A stretch of DNA of 35,933 bases from the IMG/VR virus record IMGVR_UViG_3300031565_000174; one strand, 5' to 3'. Every line of letters starts with the position of its first letter. Within the stretch, counting starts at the first letter, position 1. Source of the DNA: a virus. Made by a program: the position numbers and the translations under genes. Below are positions 1 to 8,012 of the stretch, in pieces. The notes below the pieces were generated by a model, which saw nothing but the letters and a program-made list of their open reading frames with translations, ran no database searches and had not been told where the DNA came from.

Positions 1-40
1 AAAACCTCATATAGGGGGTTTTTGGGTACCCCAAAACCTC
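1..40. repeat. Terminal direct repeat; bases 1-40 are identical to 35894-35933 (overlap of a circular or terminally redundant genome)
   Basis: Read directly: aaaacctcatatagggggtttttgggtaccccaaaacctc occurs at both ends of the window. Confidence 0.95.
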
Positions 41-130
41 CCAAAACTCCCTTTTTTGACCACTTTTTAACTTTTTTTCAAAAAAAATCAGGTCTAAGTC
101 CTTAAAAAACAGATGTCATTTTGCTTGCTA

Positions 131-144
131 GTTTTGGGGTACCC
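131..144. repeat. GTTTTGGGGTACCC, perfect inverted copy of GGGTACCCCAAAAC at 24-37
   Basis: Read directly; 14-bp arms separated by 93 nt of A/T-tract-rich DNA, about 55 nt upstream of the gpW-like start. Confidence 0.9.
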
Positions 145-198
145 AGATATTCAGGGTTTTGCAATAGTATATTATGGGCAAACCATTTTGAGGACTAT

Positions 199-438
199 AT
201 GGCCTGGACCATTGAAGACTTGCAAACGCATATCAGCGCAATCGAATCATTCATCGCCGGACGTATTACATCGGACGTGGAAAATTATTCCATCGCCGGC
301 CGCCAGATAACAAAAATCCCGATCACAGAATTAATGGATCTCAAAGACCGATTAAAAAGGGAATTAAATAATCTGAAAGTTAAAGAAAATGTAAAACTGG
401 GATTGGATAATCCGAGAAAAATTCTGGTAAGGTTTTGA
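199..438 (+). CDS. Head-tail joining protein, lambda gpW-like (79 aa)
   Basis: ATG at 199 preceded by GAGGA (190-194). It lies between terminase and portal, as W does in lambda. The pattern NYSIAGRQITKIPITELMDLKDRLKREL recalls the gpW family (memory only). The 121 start in the ORF track has no RBS. Confidence 0.55.
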   Translation: MAWTIEDLQTHISAIESFIAGRITSDVENYSIAGRQITKIPITELMDLKDRLKRELNNLKVKENVKLGLDNPRKILVRF

Positions 439-449
439 GGTAATTACCT

Positions 450-1952
450 TTGATGATAGATAAAATATTAAAGAGGCTCGGCTATTCCAAAATGCGCCGG
501 AGAAATTTCAGCGGTGCGAATACAGGCAGGCTTTATTCATCCTGGCCCTCAACCAGTTATTCCGCCGATGCTGAATTAAGGAATGATTTACGGGCGCTGC
601 GGGCCAGGAGCCGGGAACTTGCCAATAATAATGATTATGCAAAGAAGTTTATCCGTATGGTAAAAACAAATGTTATCGGACAGAATGGGATCCGCCTGCA
701 GAGCATAGCCAAAACCGATAATAATAAGCCCGATCAATTAGCCAGAATTAAAATCGAGGAGGGATTTGATTCCTGGTCTAAAAAAGGGATCTGCGAGATA
801 TCCGGAAAGTATTCATTCCGTGATGTCCAGAACCTGGTGATGGGTTCCACGGCCAGGGACGGTGAAGTTCTGGTGCGTTTTATTCGGAAAGTAGATAACG
901 ATTTTGGATTCGCTCTTCAGCTTTTAGAAGCCGATCATTTGGATGACAGATATAATGACACCAGACCAAATGGAAATAAGGTTAAGATGGGTATCGAATA
1001 TAATGAATGGAACCGGCCGGTAAGATACTGGATCCATCCGAGTCATCCTGGCGATTTGTTTTTTACCCAATCCTATGGCGAGAGGATTCCTGTTGATGCC
1101 AATGATATGCTTCATATTTTCCTTCCCATCCGGATCAGCCAGGGAAGGGGAATACCCTGGATGCATGCCGCCCTTACCCGTCTGAATATGATCGGCGCCT
1201 ATGAAGAAGCAGAACTGGTTGCAGCGCGAATGGGAGCTGCAAAAAACGGTTTTTATTATTATGAAAAAGGAGAAGGGGAAGGTGAATATCCCGGAGATGA
1301 TACGACGGAAGAGGGTGGCCAAGGTAGCCCGATCCAGGAGGCGGAAGCTGGTCATTATGAGTTATTGCCCTATGGTCTGAGATTTAAAGAAAATGATCCT
1401 CAGCATCCGACAACAGCTTATAAGGATTTTATTAAGGCGCTACTCCGGGGAATCGCCTCCGGGGTAGATGTCAGTTATAATTTTTTGTCCAATGATTTAG
1501 AGGGTGTCAATTATTCCAGCATTCGAGCCGGTGTCCTGGATGAAAGGGATGTTTGGCGGGATATCCAGGCCTGGATATCAGAACATTTTCACCAGGTTGT
1601 TTTCGAAAAATGGCTGGAGATGGCAATATTGACCGGCGCCGTGAAACTTACTTTCAGGGATTTCGATCGCTGGATCCAGACCAGATGGCAGCCGCGGGGA
1701 TGGCAGTGGGTTGATCCCCTAAAAGATTCCATGTCAACCATTAACGAAATAAAGGCCGGATTAAAAACCGGTTCGATGGCAGCTGCCGAGAAGGGCTTAG
1801 ATCTTGAAGAGACTTATCAGCAATTATCTTATGAGGAAGAGCTGCGAAAAAAGTATGGTATTAAAGTCAGTTATGATCTGGATTTATTGGAAACACTGGC
1901 AAAAATACAAGAAACATTGGAAAAAATAGAGGTCCAAAATGAAAAAAATTAA
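450..1952 (+). CDS. Portal protein, lambda gpB family
   Basis: 500-aa ORF directly after the gpW-like gene and overlapping the protease/capsid gene start. Size, position and sequence character fit a lambda-family portal. TTG at 450, alternative ATG at 453. Confidence 0.85.
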   Translation: MMIDKILKRLGYSKMRRRNFSGANTGRLYSSWPSTSYSADAELRNDLRALRARSRELANNNDYAKKFIRMVKTNVIGQNGIRLQSIAKTDNNKPDQLARIKIEEGFDSWSKKGICEISGKYSFRDVQNLVMGSTARDGEVLVRFIRKVDNDFGFALQLLEADHLDDRYNDTRPNGNKVKMGIEYNEWNRPVRYWIHPSHPGDLFFTQSYGERIPVDANDMLHIFLPIRISQGRGIPWMHAALTRLNMIGAYEEAELVAARMGAAKNGFYYYEKGEGEGEYPGDDTTEEGGQGSPIQEAEAGHYELLPYGLRFKENDPQHPTTAYKDFIKALLRGIASGVDVSYNFLSNDLEGVNYSSIRAGVLDERDVWRDIQAWISEHFHQVVFEKWLEMAILTGAVKLTFRDFDRWIQTRWQPRGWQWVDPLKDSMSTINEIKAGLKTGSMAAAEKGLDLEETYQQLSYEEELRKKYGIKVSYDLDLLETLAKIQETLEKIEVQNEKN

Positions 1953-3816
1953 AGAACTTGAACTTCCGGTTCAACGGATATATTCCCAGATCAGGAAAGA
2001 AGATATTGACGAGGAAAATCGCATAGTCAATATGACTTTTTCAAGTGAATTCAAAGTTGATAGATGGTGGGGAAAGGAAATATTGGATCATTCTCCCGGA
2101 GCGGTGAGACTGGACCGGCTGCGCACAGCAGGTCCACTCCTGGTAATGCATGAGAGAGCCAAACAGGTGGGCGTGATCGAAGGTGCAGAGATAGGCTCTG
2201 ACCGGCGCGGTCATGCTAAAGCACGTTTTGGTAAGTCGTCTTATGCGGAAGAAATCTTTCAGGACGTGAAAGATGGAATCAGGAGAACTACTTCGACCGA
2301 TTACAGAATTCACGAAATGATTCTGGAAAAAAAGAGTGATGAAGGTCTGGATGAATATCGGATAACCGATTGGGAGCCTGTTGAAATTTCCCTTGAACCT
2401 ACGCCCGCCGATATAACGGTAGGAGTGGGCAGATCCGAAGATCCGGAAGGTAAAAAGTATAAAGTTAAAATTATAAACAGGAGGAACTTTGAAATGACTG
2501 AAGAAGAAAGAAAACAAATCCAGGAAGAAGAGCGCGCAAAAGTGGTCGCAACCGCGGAGGCGGATAAAAAGAAAAAAGATGAAGAAGCCCGGGTAAAAGC
2601 CGATGCGGACAAGGCGATTGAAGATACGCGGAAAACGGAAGCGGAAAGAGCCATCGAAATAATTGCGATCGGTGAGCAATTCAATATGCGCGACGAAGCC
2701 TTAAAAGCGGTCAAAGATGGAACGATCGTCGATAATTTCCGAAAAGTAGCCATGGATAAACTGGTCTCGGAAAAGCACATCGATACGACCATGGGTACCA
2801 TAGGCTTGACCGAAAAAGAGATCAAGAATTACTCTTTTTTCCGTGCCGTCGAGGCGCAAATAAAAAAAGACTGGACCAAGGCGGGATTCGAACGGGAATG
2901 CAGCATTGAACTGGCCAAGAAGTTGGGCAAAGAACCGCGTGGTTTTTATGTTCCCGATGATATTCTGGTACGTTCAGATCTACTTTATGCCAAACGTACC
3001 ATTACCAAGACGGGAGCGCCGGGATTGGTCGGTACCGAGCATCTGGCCGGTAGTTTTATCGATTTGCTCCGGACCAGGACCGCCGTCATTGAATTGGGAG
3101 CGCTGACCCTTACAGGATTAGTCGGAGATATCAGCATACCGAAACAGATCGGGGCGGCGACCGGACACTGGATTACCGAAGGAGGCGATACGACCCCAAG
3201 TACACCGGCATTCGGAACACTGGCCATGGGCCCCAAAACAGTGAGTGCGCGTGTGGATATTACCCGGAGAATGCAGATCCAATCCAGCCCGGCCGTTGAA
3301 GCTTTAACACTGACTGATATTGTTAACGTTTTATCCCGGTTGATAGATTTGGCCGCCCTTGCGGGAACCGGGCTTTCCGGCCAGCCGACAGGAATATTGA
3401 ATACATCCGGGATCGGAGATGTTATCGGTGCATCACTTGATTGGGGTGCGATCGTGGAATTTGAAACGGACGTGGCTGAAGCCAATGGTGATGTCGGTTC
3501 GATGGCTTATCTTACCCGGGCATCGGTGAATGGGATTTTAAAAACCAGGGAAAAATCAGCGAACACGGCAGAATTCCTGCAGAAAGATGGAGCGATGAAC
3601 GGATATCCAGTAAAGGTTTCTAACCAGGTACCGGCAGCTACGATGATATTCGGTGTATGGAGCCAGATCCTGATCGGATTCTGGTCCGGGCTTGATATTA
3701 AACTGGATGAAGTGACACTCGGCGATTCCGGTGGTCTGGTGGTCCGCGCTTTCCAGGATGCCGATATCGGCGTGCGCCATGCCGCAGCCTATTCGGCTTC
3801 CGATGATATCGATTGA
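1939..3816 (+). CDS. Prohead protease / scaffold-like coiled coil / HK97-fold major capsid protein fusion (625 aa)
   Basis: The N-terminal ~165 aa resemble an HK97-family (S78) prohead protease. Residues ~186-250 are a charged coiled coil (EEERKQIQEEERAK...KADADKAIEDTRKTEAERA). The C-terminal ~330 aa resemble an HK97-type capsid (GLVGTEHLAGSFIDLLRTRTAVIELGA...). Motif recall only. Confidence 0.8.
   Translation: MKKIKELELPVQRIYSQIRKEDIDEENRIVNMTFSSEFKVDRWWGKEILDHSPGAVRLDRLRTAGPLLVMHERAKQVGVIEGAEIGSDRRGHAKARFGKSSYAEEIFQDVKDGIRRTTSTDYRIHEMILEKKSDEGLDEYRITDWEPVEISLEPTPADITVGVGRSEDPEGKKYKVKIINRRNFEMTEEERKQIQEEERAKVVATAEADKKKKDEEARVKADADKAIEDTRKTEAERAIEIIAIGEQFNMRDEALKAVKDGTIVDNFRKVAMDKLVSEKHIDTTMGTIGLTEKEIKNYSFFRAVEAQIKKDWTKAGFERECSIELAKKLGKEPRGFYVPDDILVRSDLLYAKRTITKTGAPGLVGTEHLAGSFIDLLRTRTAVIELGALTLTGLVGDISIPKQIGAATGHWITEGGDTTPSTPAFGTLAMGPKTVSARVDITRRMQIQSSPAVEALTLTDIVNVLSRLIDLAALAGTGLSGQPTGILNTSGIGDVIGASLDWGAIVEFETDVAEANGDVGSMAYLTRASVNGILKTREKSANTAEFLQKDGAMNGYPVKVSNQVPAATMIFGVWSQILIGFWSGLDIKLDEVTLGDSGGLVVRAFQDADIGVRHAAAYSASDDID
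2479..2496 (+). promoter_or_regulatory. Internal in-frame translation start: AGGAGGA (2479-2485), 8 nt, ATG (2494) = codon 186 of the fusion ORF
   Basis: Read directly. The ATG is in the 1939 frame and sits exactly at the protease / coiled-coil boundary. Confidence 0.5.
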
Positions 3817-3890
3817 TAATATCGGTTGATGTGCGGCTTTTAATAAAAGAAAAATAGAAAAACGATTCTATACCAGAGGAGGTATGTCTG

Positions 3891-4424
3891 ATGAAATTAT
3901 TCAAATATTCATTTATTGTTCTGGCTATTCTGCTGATCCTGGCGGGCCAGTCCTTTGCTGGCAGTACCTATTATGATCAAGATGTCAGTGAGATCCAGAG
4001 GCCGGGGAAGCTTCTGTATTATGGGACTGTCACGTTCTCGGACAGCGGAACCGGCACGATTTACTATACCCAGGCATTTTATATCGGCGGTGTCAATACG
4101 GCTTATGGCCTGGGACGTTTTATATGTTCCGAGGCAGGTGTGGAAGATGTTAATGTATTTGTTGAGTACTCCATGGATGCCGAAACCTGGGTAGCAGGTA
4201 CGACAGACACAGATCTCGATGCTGTCGGAACAACTGCTGTAATAGATACTTTTGGTCTCGTTCGGGGAGTTGATCAATTACTTTATTCCACCTGGCTTTT
4301 TATGCGTTATGAGTTTTTGGCCGGGCAGGCTATAGGATCCACGACTTTGACCTGGAGTGTTGCCTTTACAAAACCTTCCGGTCTTGAATATAGGGATCTG
4401 GCAATAATAAAAGATACACAATAA
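3891..4424 (+). CDS. Exported protein of unknown function (177 aa) within the head module
   Basis: Strong RBS GAGGAGG (3876-3882), 8 nt before the ATG. The N-terminus MKLFKYSFIVLAILLILAGQSFAGS looks like a cleavable signal peptide. No family recognised. Confidence 0.7.
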   Translation: MKLFKYSFIVLAILLILAGQSFAGSTYYDQDVSEIQRPGKLLYYGTVTFSDSGTGTIYYTQAFYIGGVNTAYGLGRFICSEAGVEDVNVFVEYSMDAETWVAGTTDTDLDAVGTTAVIDTFGLVRGVDQLLYSTWLFMRYEFLAGQAIGSTTLTWSVAFTKPSGLEYRDLAIIKDTQ

Positions 4425-4454
4425 AACGGATTCTTATTGATAACTAAAAAAAAC

Positions 4455-4484
4455 AGCGCCGGTTTAATTTCCGGCGCTTATTTA
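4455..4484 (+). terminator. Candidate intrinsic terminator (possibly bidirectional)
   Basis: AGCGCCGG (4455-4462) and CCGGCGCT (4471-4478) form an 8-bp GC-rich stem with an 8-nt loop. An A-run lies upstream and TTATTT downstream. It lies 30 nt after the 3891-4424 stop. Confidence 0.5.
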
Positions 4485-4511
4485 AAATTAAAAAATATCA
4501 AGGAGTTTCAA

Positions 4512-4691
4512 ATGGCTGACAAAAAAATTGATATAACGGTTACCCGCAGATTCAGATATGAAGGCAAGAAAATAGAACCAGGAAAATATCTGACGGTTGA
4601 ACGGCATTTTGCCAATGAAATGATCAGTGCTTCCAAGGCTGTTGAAGGGCATGTTAAATTAAAAGATGAACCCAAAAAACCGGCTGCTTAA
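4512..4691 (+). CDS. Small hypothetical protein (59 aa)
   Basis: ATG at 4512 preceded by AAGGAG (4500-4505). The upstream part of the 4437 ORF covers the terminator hairpin and is unlikely to be coding. Confidence 0.6.
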   Translation: MADKKIDITVTRRFRYEGKKIEPGKYLTVERHFANEMISASKAVEGHVKLKDEPKKPAA

Positions 4692-4716
4692 ATAGAATTC
4701 GAATCTTTAATTTATC

Positions 4717-5037
4717 ATGACTATAAATGAGCAGATTTTAAGTGATCTCGATGCGATTTTTACCGATGGTCTGACAATCGATATTACCCATACTTACAAC
4801 GGCGGTGAGTCCAGTGAAACATTGAAGGCGTTCTTTGACCGATCATATGGAGTGGCTCTGCAGGAGGGTGTGGGAATCGAATCAGCGAGTCTATCGATAT
4901 TAATCAGAACATCAGAGGTAGGAAATATTGATAGAGACAGTGAATTTACAATCCAAGATACTACTTATTATGTCATTGAAAATCAAGGAGATGATCAGGG
5001 TGTGACACGAATATTAATCAGTGAGGACAAGGTCTGA
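4717..5037 (+). CDS. Head-tail joining protein, lambda gpFII-like
   Basis: 106 aa. TLKAFFDRSYGVALQEGVGIESASLSILIRTSEVGNIDRDSEFTIQDTTYYVIENQGDDQGVTRILI parallels the recalled FII sequence (VIRGVFDDPENISYAGQGVRVEGSSPSLFVRTDEVRQLRRGDTLTIGEENFWV...). Confidence 0.55.
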   Translation: MTINEQILSDLDAIFTDGLTIDITHTYNGGESSETLKAFFDRSYGVALQEGVGIESASLSILIRTSEVGNIDRDSEFTIQDTTYYVIENQGDDQGVTRILISEDKV

Positions 5038-5474
5038 TGTCAAAACGGCAAGAAATAATGGATTTGGTTGATGCTAAATTTAAAACAATATCTATTGCAA
5101 AAGGATTTAGTTCTGATTTGGGAAATAATGTATTTGAATTTAGGGATTCACCTATCGCTGATGAAGAATTACCGGCATTGTCATATGGGGATATATCTGA
5201 TGATATTAATGATGAAGAGACGGGAAACCATAATCTTAATCTTGATGTTGAAATTTCTGCCACCGGTTCAACTAGTCCAGCGGCCATGCGTGAAATGATA
5301 CAAGATGTTCTTACTGCGTTTGCGCCGAAGAAAGCTGATTCAGCATTAAGAGCCTTAATTATCGGAGCTGCGTATCTTGGCTCTGATATGTTTATAGAGC
5401 ATGAGAAAAAGAAATATATGAAGTCGAGAATAACATTTGAGATTTCATATCAAACAGATGACTGGGATATCTGA
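5037..5474 (+). CDS. Putative tail terminator / head-tail completion protein (gpU- or DUF3168-like)
   Basis: 145 aa with an ATGA start-stop overlap with the FII-like gene. Position and loose pattern similarity to lambda U. Weak. Confidence 0.4.
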   Translation: MSKRQEIMDLVDAKFKTISIAKGFSSDLGNNVFEFRDSPIADEELPALSYGDISDDINDEETGNHNLNLDVEISATGSTSPAAMREMIQDVLTAFAPKKADSALRALIIGAAYLGSDMFIEHEKKKYMKSRITFEISYQTDDWDI

Positions 5475-5780
5475 ATGAATTTTGATTTTCATTTATTACA
5501 GTTAATAATAATCATTGTAGTCAATATTGTTTTGGTAACCGGAGCCTACTGGAAATTAAAAAACGATATTAATGAACGGCCGCAATATCAAAAAGTTGAG
5601 GAAATGATTAAAAGAGATACGATAAAAGAAAGAAGAGTGGAAGAGATAGTGAACCGGGATTCATTCCCAAAGGGTGACGGTCAAGTATTGCTTTCTAAAA
5701 TGGAGGGTCTTGAGAAGGCATTAAATATTATTTCGGAAAAGTTAGATTCATATTTTAAACCACGAAAGGATATATCATGA
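5475..5780 (+). CDS. Membrane-anchored coiled-coil protein (holin/antiholin or i-spanin-like), first gene of the lysis cassette
   Basis: N-terminal TM segment LLQLIIIIVVNIVLVTGAYW followed by a charged helical region. It directly precedes the holin-like and endolysin genes. Confidence 0.45.
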   Translation: MNFDFHLLQLIIIIVVNIVLVTGAYWKLKNDINERPQYQKVEEMIKRDTIKERRVEEIVNRDSFPKGDGQVLLSKMEGLEKALNIISEKLDSYFKPRKDIS

Positions 5781-5959
5781 ATTTTAATTGGAAGTATTTT
5801 ATTTATGACCTGTTTAAGGTCGGGGTACCAATTCTGGTAGGTGCTCTTCTTCCGGAGACAGCTCCCCAGGTTGAAATCATTTCAGTTGCATTGTATATAT
5901 TCGCCGCTGTCCTGGGCATCGATGCGATAAAGAAAACAGCTGTTTCTTTAAAAAAGTAA
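5777..5959 (+). CDS. Putative holin (60 aa, two TM segments, basic C-terminus)
   Basis: TM segments YFIYDLFKVGVPILVGALL and IISVALYIFAAVLGIDAI, C-terminus KKTAVSLKK. It ends 2 nt before the endolysin start. Confidence 0.5.
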   Translation: MNFNWKYFIYDLFKVGVPILVGALLPETAPQVEIISVALYIFAAVLGIDAIKKTAVSLKK

Positions 5960-5960
5960 A

Positions 5961-6416
5961 ATGCAACTGACGGAGAATTTTTTCCTCAAGGAATTTGTTT
6001 TCTCTCCCACGGCGGCCAGAATGGGCGTTGATAACTATCCTGGCCCGCGGGAGATTGCCGCCATCGATGCACTCTGTGACGAAGTTTTGCAGCCATTGCG
6101 CAACCGGTATGGCAAACCGGTATATATAGTCAGTGGATTTCGCAGTCTGGCGCTGAATTCCATTATACCAGGTGCCGCTAAAAACAGCCAGCATATGGAC
6201 GGGGAAGCGGCAGATCTGGACACGGTCAATGATAATCATATATTATTTGAAATTATAAAGAATGAACTGGGATTCGATCAATTGATCTGGGAACACGGAG
6301 ACGATGAAACACCGGACTGGGTGCATGTTTCATATAAGGCCGACGGTAATAACCGCCGGGAAATATTAAAGGCGTACAGGGATGAATACGGGATGCATTA
6401 TGCTAAAGTTTCTTAA
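5961..6416 (+). CDS. Endolysin, peptidase M15 (D-Ala-D-Ala carboxypeptidase-like, Peptidase_M15_3 type)
   Basis: LTENFFLKEFVFS...SGFRSLALNSIIPGAAKNSQHMDGEAADL...WVHVSY matches the zinc-ligand pattern of M15A phage endolysins (SxHxxGxAxD ... H). Confidence 0.85.
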   Translation: MQLTENFFLKEFVFSPTAARMGVDNYPGPREIAAIDALCDEVLQPLRNRYGKPVYIVSGFRSLALNSIIPGAAKNSQHMDGEAADLDTVNDNHILFEIIKNELGFDQLIWEHGDDETPDWVHVSYKADGNNRREILKAYRDEYGMHYAKVS

Positions 6417-6867
6417 AATAATATTTTTGATTTTTGTACTGGTTTCATGTACCACGAAAATTATAAAAAAGGATATCGTTACTGAGATCCGCGATGTGGA
6501 GATTGCCTCCGATCACGCCGGCATAAAAGACACAGTGGACTTATCCGATATTTCAAAGGAATGGTATATTAAAGGTTATATTTCCGATTCAACGCCCGTG
6601 AAAATCGAAATCCCCAAACGCATTAATTTGCCTAAAAAGAAGGAAACAATTCAGATCAATAAGAGCACGTCAGTGGGACTGGAAATCTCTACAAGCATTG
6701 ATTCCGGCCAGGTGATTCATGATATCGAGGTTACAAAAGTCGCTTACCAGGAATCGACGGTTACCGAAACGATCGAGATTGATACATCACCTAGTTATAT
6801 AAGATGGATCATTATCATCGTTATAGGATTCCTGGCGGTTTTATTATTTACAATATTGAGAAAATAA
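6400..6867 (+). CDS. Putative unimolecular spanin (N-terminal lipoprotein signal plus C-terminal TM anchor)
   Basis: MLKFLKIIFLIFVLVSC carries the lipobox LVSC, and the C-terminus has the TM segment WIIIIVIGFLAVLLFTILRK. It overlaps the endolysin 3' end. This is the architecture of T1 gp11-type u-spanins. Confidence 0.5.
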   Translation: MLKFLKIIFLIFVLVSCTTKIIKKDIVTEIRDVEIASDHAGIKDTVDLSDISKEWYIKGYISDSTPVKIEIPKRINLPKKKETIQINKSTSVGLEISTSIDSGQVIHDIEVTKVAYQESTVTETIEIDTSPSYIRWIIIIVIGFLAVLLFTILRK

Positions 6868-7200
6868 ATGCTGACATTTTATAAATATTTAGACGAGAGT
6901 ATCCGGACCAGACTGTTTAAAAAACAGAGCGATGAAACTATATCTATCAAGGCTGATTTTACAAACGCGATCGAATCCGGAGAAGTAATTCTTGCAACCA
7001 GTATTGTCACTGCCTACGATTCATCGGATATTGATGTGACTTCAACTATTATTTCCGGGGATCCTACAATCTTAAATCCGGCAATCACCATCAAGATCCA
7101 GGGCGGGGAAGACGGAAAAAAATATAAAATTACATTCCAGGCGATAACGACTGAACATACCTATGAACTGGATATTTTTATGCTAATTAACGACATCTAA
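6868..7200 (+). CDS. Small beta-rich virion protein, possibly fiber-tail adaptor-like
   Basis: 110 aa. The pattern ...ITIKIQGGEDGKKYKITFQAITTEHTYELDIFMLI resembles a phage family I recall as fiber-tail adaptor proteins. Low certainty. Confidence 0.35.
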   Translation: MLTFYKYLDESIRTRLFKKQSDETISIKADFTNAIESGEVILATSIVTAYDSSDIDVTSTIISGDPTILNPAITIKIQGGEDGKKYKITFQAITTEHTYELDIFMLINDI

Positions 7201-7223
7201 CTTATTTTTAAGGAGTATTAATT

Positions 7224-7697
7224 ATGGATCGCGATTTAACAAAAATTTTAAAAAGACATTACCGGGTGCTTCACCGGACACCGGAAGCCTATACCCAGCC
7301 TCCCGATGCGGCCACCTTTGCCACATTTTTGGCCACATTCACCGAACTGGGTTATTGCCGGGATAAGACGATTAAATTAACTATGGTCTCGACGGAAGAG
7401 GAACCATTGGATGACGGAAAGAAAAAACACATGGGTTGGAATGGACATATAGAAGGTATTTTACTTCAATCTGCTGCAGAAGATTTTACGGCCTATGAAG
7501 CGATCGAGAATATCGAACAGGATTTATTTTTCTATTCTGAAGTTTCCGGTATGTGTATTTTTCTGCCGAATGCCATTCTGATATTTAACGAGTCTGTTTC
7601 TTCCGGTGATACTGAAACGGTGCCTTTTGAATATGATGCTGAAAATCTGGCCACAAAAGCGGCATTCAGAGACAGATTCGAAGAGCCGCTTACCTAA
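7224..7697 (+). CDS. Hypothetical structural protein; candidate major tail (tube) protein by size and position
   Basis: 157 aa, RBS AAGGAG (7210-7215), no recognisable motif. The call rests on position only. Confidence 0.3.
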   Translation: MDRDLTKILKRHYRVLHRTPEAYTQPPDAATFATFLATFTELGYCRDKTIKLTMVSTEEEPLDDGKKKHMGWNGHIEGILLQSAAEDFTAYEAIENIEQDLFFYSEVSGMCIFLPNAILIFNESVSSGDTETVPFEYDAENLATKAAFRDRFEEPLT

Positions 7698-7711
7698 CGG
7701 GGCGGTCTCTT

Positions 7712-8011
7712 GTGAGTATTAAAACAAATTTCATCCGTTTGCGCCGGAAATCCGATGATGTAAAACTGTCCGGTTTGTCCGCTTCTCTGCTTCCTGAGGG
7801 CGGATCCGCTCCGGGGGATCTTATTTCACTGGTACAAAATTCCGGTATAAACTGGCAGTATGACTTTCCGGGGCAGGTCACAAACGGAACTTATATTTTG
7901 TATGTGAACGGAGTGCCGGTTTTAAACGATGGTGAACCGCAGGAAGTGAGGATAATCCGCAACGGGATTATCAGTGCCGGCGATACGGATTTTGCAAAGG
8001 ATTCATGGTAA
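7712..8011 (+). CDS. Hypothetical protein (99 aa), GTG start, directly upstream of the tailspike
   Basis: ORF track. The stop at 8009-8011 is followed by the tailspike ATG at 8013. Confidence 0.55.
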   Translation: MSIKTNFIRLRRKSDDVKLSGLSASLLPEGGSAPGDLISLVQNSGINWQYDFPGQVTNGTYILYVNGVPVLNDGEPQEVRIIRNGIISAGDTDFAKDSW

Positions 8012-8012
8012 T

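Noticed and set aside
113-198. Upstream extension of the gpW-like ORF (start 121) and the overlapping ORF 113-310
   Set aside because: The extension runs through the palindrome/A-T-tract region and has no RBS. ATG 199 has GAGGA at proper spacing and gives a gpW-sized protein.
924-3485. Long minus-strand ORFs (924-1355, 2041-2679, 2310-2825, 2985-3485) inside the portal and capsid genes
   Set aside because: They lie fully antisense to well-supported structural genes, lack RBSs, and have skewed low-complexity compositions (Ser/Phe/Ile-rich) typical of shadow frames.
3884-3900. Hammerhead-like CTGATGAAA string near the 3891 start
   Set aside because: There are no flanking stems I/II/III or a separate GAAA element. 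It is just the RBS-to-start-codon region of a CDS.
7974-8012. Upstream start (7974) for the tailspike ORF
   Set aside because: It would overlap the preceding gene by 38 nt. ATG 8013 follows that gene's stop by 1 nt and yields the signal-peptide-like N-terminus.
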